Shown here: positions 60,320 through 64,000 of the stretch, piece by piece | How positions within the stretch are numbered: position 1 is the first letter of the stretch | Layout of the letters: each line of letters opens with the position of its first letter | Source: Pecten maximus | Lineage: Eukaryota | Assembly (NCBI RefSeq): GCF_902652985.1 | Contig: NC_047023.1 | Coordinates: 11,842,001-11,906,000 of the forward strand | Length of the DNA stretch: 64,000 nucleotides | Direction of reading: 5' to 3' | The notes under the pieces: generated by a model | The model's input: the letters and a program-made list of their open reading frames with translations, nothing else | Told to the model about the DNA's origin: nothing | Database searches by the model: none | Translations under genes and position numbers: made by a program

Positions 60320-62641
60320 TTACCCATGCACGAAGGGGTTGATTCGCACCTCACCAAATTTCAGAATAATATTTCTGCCACTGTCATTCATTTGTTTACG
60401 ACCGGAGGGCCTCTTATAAGGTTTAGTGTTCCTCGACCGTTGCTCTTCTGCGATTCGTCGCAGACGAATTACCACTGGAGTACTCATTATGATGTCGTCA
60501 GATTCTTCTTCGTCTTTGTAATCCACTCCGAAACTGGCAGCTTTAGCAAAATACTTCTCGGCGCCATCGGGGCGTCCAACACAGTCATAACTGTAGGCTA
60601 GTAGCACTTGAACGTGCTCATCGCACATCTCAGGAAACCGTAAAGCTTTTAATTTGGCCCAAGCATCAAAATTCGTCACGGCTTTTGTTGCTGTAACGTG
60701 GTATGATGAACATCCACTAACCTGGTTCTTGTGTAAGACAGTCAATGTTTGTATGATTTTGAAAAACAAAAAGGCCGTACTCGGTACACTGCAGTCTACG
60801 ATTGCCTCTTGGACACACATATCCATGGTAAGGCGATTGTGGAAATTTATAGAGTTATAAATGCCTCCATGATATAGCATTCCTTGTCGGGAGGACGCAA
60901 GATGTGAAGCAAAATGTTCAAGAAGCAGTTGATGCTGTTTTGTTGTCGTTAGCAAGTTGTAGTATTCTCCATATATCCAAATATGGGTGCCAACGTCTTC
61001 AAGCGCCTTATGGAATATCGCTCGGCTTTTCTCTATCATAATATTACTGTACTTTGTTGACACTCCTCGTTGATGGTACAGTGATGCTAACAGTCCGTTT
61101 AAGCAGCACATTGTGCTCGTGTTAGGGCCAATCTTCAGAGCCTGCTCTATGCGATCAATCGTAACATCGATGAAGGTATTCATGGCCATGTCATGAAGCA
61201 TATCCACTCCAAGCAGGTAAAAAACCATGGATACTTCGCCTTTGTCCAGTAGTTCGGACACATAATTCAAAACTGCCATGGCCATATTTTGCTTTGTTAG
61301 TTCATCTCCAGACAAACGAGCCGAGAGTATAGTGGTAAGAGAAATATCTCTAGACAGCCACCAGAAGCGTTTCGTCTCGATCAACTCTAAGATGACCGCC
61401 CAGCAGGTATCGCGGACCTTCGTGACGTCACGCTTGATGGCGGCCACTGACGCTGCACTAATGTGGGCTATAGTGTTATTCTCAGCGATAAAGTAGTGTG
61501 GCAGGTTGTGCAATGACAGAAATTCTTCCATTTGGTAAAGCAGGCGTTGTAGGCACTCGAAAGGATTGTCTTCTGTCCAATCCTCTTGGTTGCTTCTTTC
61601 ACATACCCAGTACATAACCTGCTTGCAATGAAACGTTGACATCCCGCGCTTTACTTTACCGATATGAAAGCAAAAAAGGTATTTGAACAATTTGTAACAA
61701 CGGAATTGTGCAATGTTGAGTGCATGCGCAACGGTTCTTGATGCTAAACCGAAGGAGAGAATAAATTCGCGTGGATCCTTGCTGTTTTTGTGCGATTTCG
61801 CGACAACATGACAGCCACATTTGACGGCCGCATTAATAACTGAAACGGGAGGCCAGGTACGAACTCGGTGTCGCCATGCTGCCGCCTCGGAAGGCCAGCT
61901 CGGATGAGGAAGTGCCAGTACGTAATCCTTTGAGTGATGGATATTGTAAGTATGCTCACGAGTCTCTGTTGTCAATGCTGGACCGTGATGTGAATATTCG
62001 ACAGAAACATTTCTTCCTTCGTGAATTCGGATACAGCCTTCTTCATCGTTATAATTGTGGTCTTCTAATTTCGTTTCCCGTTTTAATTTCCGAGTTAGTT
62101 TTGCTCTTAAGACAAATCCTTCGCTATCCACAAACTCTGTTGGGTTTTCAAAGTTACTTTTTGACATGTTGCTTATATAGACGTTATCATAATAATTTTG
62201 TCTTTGATACAACCAGTCTGTGTTGAATGCCAATTGTACGTATCCAGGGTGCTCCCTAATTGGAATAGGCCTTGCAAATGCGCGGCGATGACTGGGGTCG
62301 ATTTTGAGGTAGGGAAATAAGTATATGATATCTTCATCCTGGGCTTCCGTGTACGATCTAGACCTGGCAACATGTCTGATTTCAGGAAGAGCCAGACCGT
62401 CGGTACTACTGCCAACGAGGAGCTGCATATCACTACACAGTTTTGTACCATAAAACAAAAATGTTTGTTCTTCTTTAATTAATCTCTGTGCTTCTTTGAC
62501 GGATTCTGCTACGGGGAAAACTGGAAGTACCATATTCAGAACAAAGTTTTCCTTCGATAATGGTACCTGATCTTTGTCGATTTTGAACAGCGTTTCGAAG
62601 AAACTGGCACGCCCCTTCCCATTGCTTTTTTTGGAATGCAT
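60320..62641 (-). CDS. Mab-21/cGAS-like receptor (cGLR) nucleotidyltransferase with TPR-like C-terminal region
   Basis: 773 aa single ORF. VGSSTDG (G77-S78), DED (D102/D104), HPGYVQL, GPA, KDYVLAL (D239), WPSEAAAW..R.WP, GCHVVAK, LSF, CYKLFK, STFHCKQVMYW, LPHYFIAENN. The C-terminal helices LLAYSYDCVGRPDGAEKYFAKA are TPR-like. An upstream exon cannot be excluded. Confidence 0.9.
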   Translation of the reverse strand: MHSKKSNGKGRASFFETLFKIDKDQVPLSKENFVLNMVLPVFPVAESVKEAQRLIKEEQTFLFYGTKLCSDMQLLVGSSTDGLALPEIRHVARSRSYTEAQDEDIIYLFPYLKIDPSHRRAFARPIPIREHPGYVQLAFNTDWLYQRQNYYDNVYISNMSKSNFENPTEFVDSEGFVLRAKLTRKLKRETKLEDHNYNDEEGCIRIHEGRNVSVEYSHHGPALTTETREHTYNIHHSKDYVLALPHPSWPSEAAAWRHRVRTWPPVSVINAAVKCGCHVVAKSHKNSKDPREFILSFGLASRTVAHALNIAQFRCYKLFKYLFCFHIGKVKRGMSTFHCKQVMYWVCERSNQEDWTEDNPFECLQRLLYQMEEFLSLHNLPHYFIAENNTIAHISAASVAAIKRDVTKVRDTCWAVILELIETKRFWWLSRDISLTTILSARLSGDELTKQNMAMAVLNYVSELLDKGEVSMVFYLLGVDMLHDMAMNTFIDVTIDRIEQALKIGPNTSTMCCLNGLLASLYHQRGVSTKYSNIMIEKSRAIFHKALEDVGTHIWIYGEYYNLLTTTKQHQLLLEHFASHLASSRQGMLYHGGIYNSINFHNRLTMDMCVQEAIVDCSVPSTAFLFFKIIQTLTVLHKNQVSGCSSYHVTATKAVTNFDAWAKLKALRFPEMCDEHVQVLLAYSYDCVGRPDGAEKYFAKAASFGVDYKDEEESDDIIMSTPVVIRLRRIAEEQRSRNTKPYKRPSGRKQMNDSGRNIILKFGEVRINPFVHG

Positions 62642-62829
62642 GATCCGATCCTTTACTCCTACAAAGATATGAAAATAAACGATACAGAAGGATAGTTGAG
62701 ATAAAAAGTGTTAATATGACGTAGCTCACGATTGTTCTCTGAAAACATGTTCAAATCAAATTTCGAAATTTCATAAATTCCGGTGAACAACCGCATAATA
62801 AATCGGTCATTTCTACCTTTGGTTATCAC

Positions 62830-62911
62830 TGCATCTTCGCTAGCCAAGGCTTCTGTTTACGTTACACTCCACATCGTGACGTAATCAGAAGCCTTGGCTA
62901 GCGAAGATGCA
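62830..62911. mobile_element. 82-bp palindromic MITE-like element
   Basis: TGCATCTTCGCTAGCCAAGGCTTCTG...CAGAAGCCTTGGCTAGCGAAGATGCA. Perfect 26-bp arms extend imperfectly to ~36 bp. Confidence 0.75.
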
Positions 62912-63404
62912 TACACTGAGGACAGCGATATCCAGCCGGACATTGTCCAGGATGGGGCAAGCTATTTCAAGATAAATAATCAAAGCTTATCATATACCAA
63001 GTTGTAAGTATAGGAAATTTAAAGGATGGGAACTGGAAAATTGGATTTTCGAATCGGTGTCCGGAATTTTGTTAATGAAAGTTTCGCATTATAAAACTTC
63101 AAGAGTCAGTGGGGCATTTATCAATATGAAATACTACCCGGGTATAACGGCAAATTGTTGTTCAAAATTACATACGGAATATTAATTATCACTTATCTAT
63201 CATAACCTATTCCTAATTTGTTAATATTTAGCTTTCTAACGTATTCATCATTTGATAATTACTACAAAAGACGGCTTCTTAAGCTCTAACGCACATGCAA
63301 AATTATTCGTTAAACTGTTACTGTCCGTAAACCTTACAATATCGACATGTTTAATCAATCCATTAAAAGTTGACATCTTACTGAATAGATGTTGCCTGCT
63401 AAAC

Positions 63405-64000
63405 ATACAAGTAATTACATATAAGTTATTACAAATAAGAAATAACAAGTAAGTAATAACAAATAAGTAGTAATAAATAAGTAGTAACTAATAAATAATA
63501 ATAAATAAGTAGTAACTAATAAGCAATAATAAATAAGTAATAACAAATAAGTAATTACAAATATGTATTAACAAATAAGTAATAACAAATAAGTAGTCAC
63601 AAATAAGTAATAACAAATAAGTACATGTAATAACAAATAAGTAATAACAAATAAGTAATTACAAATAAGTAGTAACTAATAAGCAATAATAAATAAGTAA
63701 TAACAAATAAGTAATTACAAATATGTATTAACAAATAAGTAATAACAAATAAGTAGTCACAAATAAGTAATAACAAATAAGTACATGTAATAACAAATAA
63801 GTTATTACAAATTAGTAGTAACTAATAAGCAATAATAAATAAGTAATAACAAATAAGTAATTACAAATATGTATTAACAAATAAGTAATAACAAATAAGT
63901 ACATGTAATAACAAATAAGTAATAACAAATAAGTAGTAATAAATAAGTAGTAACTAATAAATAATAATAAATAAGTAGTAACAAATAAGTAATAACAAAT
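63405..64000. repeat. 14-bp AT-rich satellite (GTAATAACAAATAA)n with higher-order structure; runs off the window end
   Basis: Directly visible. Variant units (AAGCAATAAT, AATATGTATT, GTACATGTAA) recur in fixed order. Confidence 0.95.

Noticed and set aside
60326-62729. Short ORFs overlapping the cGLR on both strands
   Set aside because: Alternative-frame or antisense shadows with no recognisable motifs.
63405-64000. Possible CRISPR array or telomere
   Set aside because: There are no unique spacers, the context is eukaryotic, and the unit is not TTAGGG-like. It is a simple satellite.

Overview
This is AT-rich animal genomic DNA. The repeat landscape and gene content suggest a lophotrochozoan, probably a bivalve mollusc (inference only). 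The main feature is a head-to-tail array of seven minus-strand ZIP/SLC39 subfamily II (ZIP1/2/3-like) metal importer genes at 16.8-55.9 kb, spaced 5.3-7.4 kb apart, each encoded as one uninterrupted CDS. Six copies are intact and copy 3 carries two frameshifts. Copies 5 and 6 lie in a recent, near-identical ~6.1 kb tandem duplication. About 4.4 kb beyond the array, on the same strand, is a 773-aa Mab-21/cGAS-like receptor (cGLR) ORF with an intact GS + DxD + D catalytic set and a TPR-like C-terminal region. The rest is non-coding: a fossil CR1/L2-type LINE ORF1, tRNA-derived SINEs, a solo LTR, several MITEs, two TSD-less hairpin elements, microsatellites and a 14-bp satellite running off the right end. 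No tools were run; all assignments come from reading motifs and aligning by eye.
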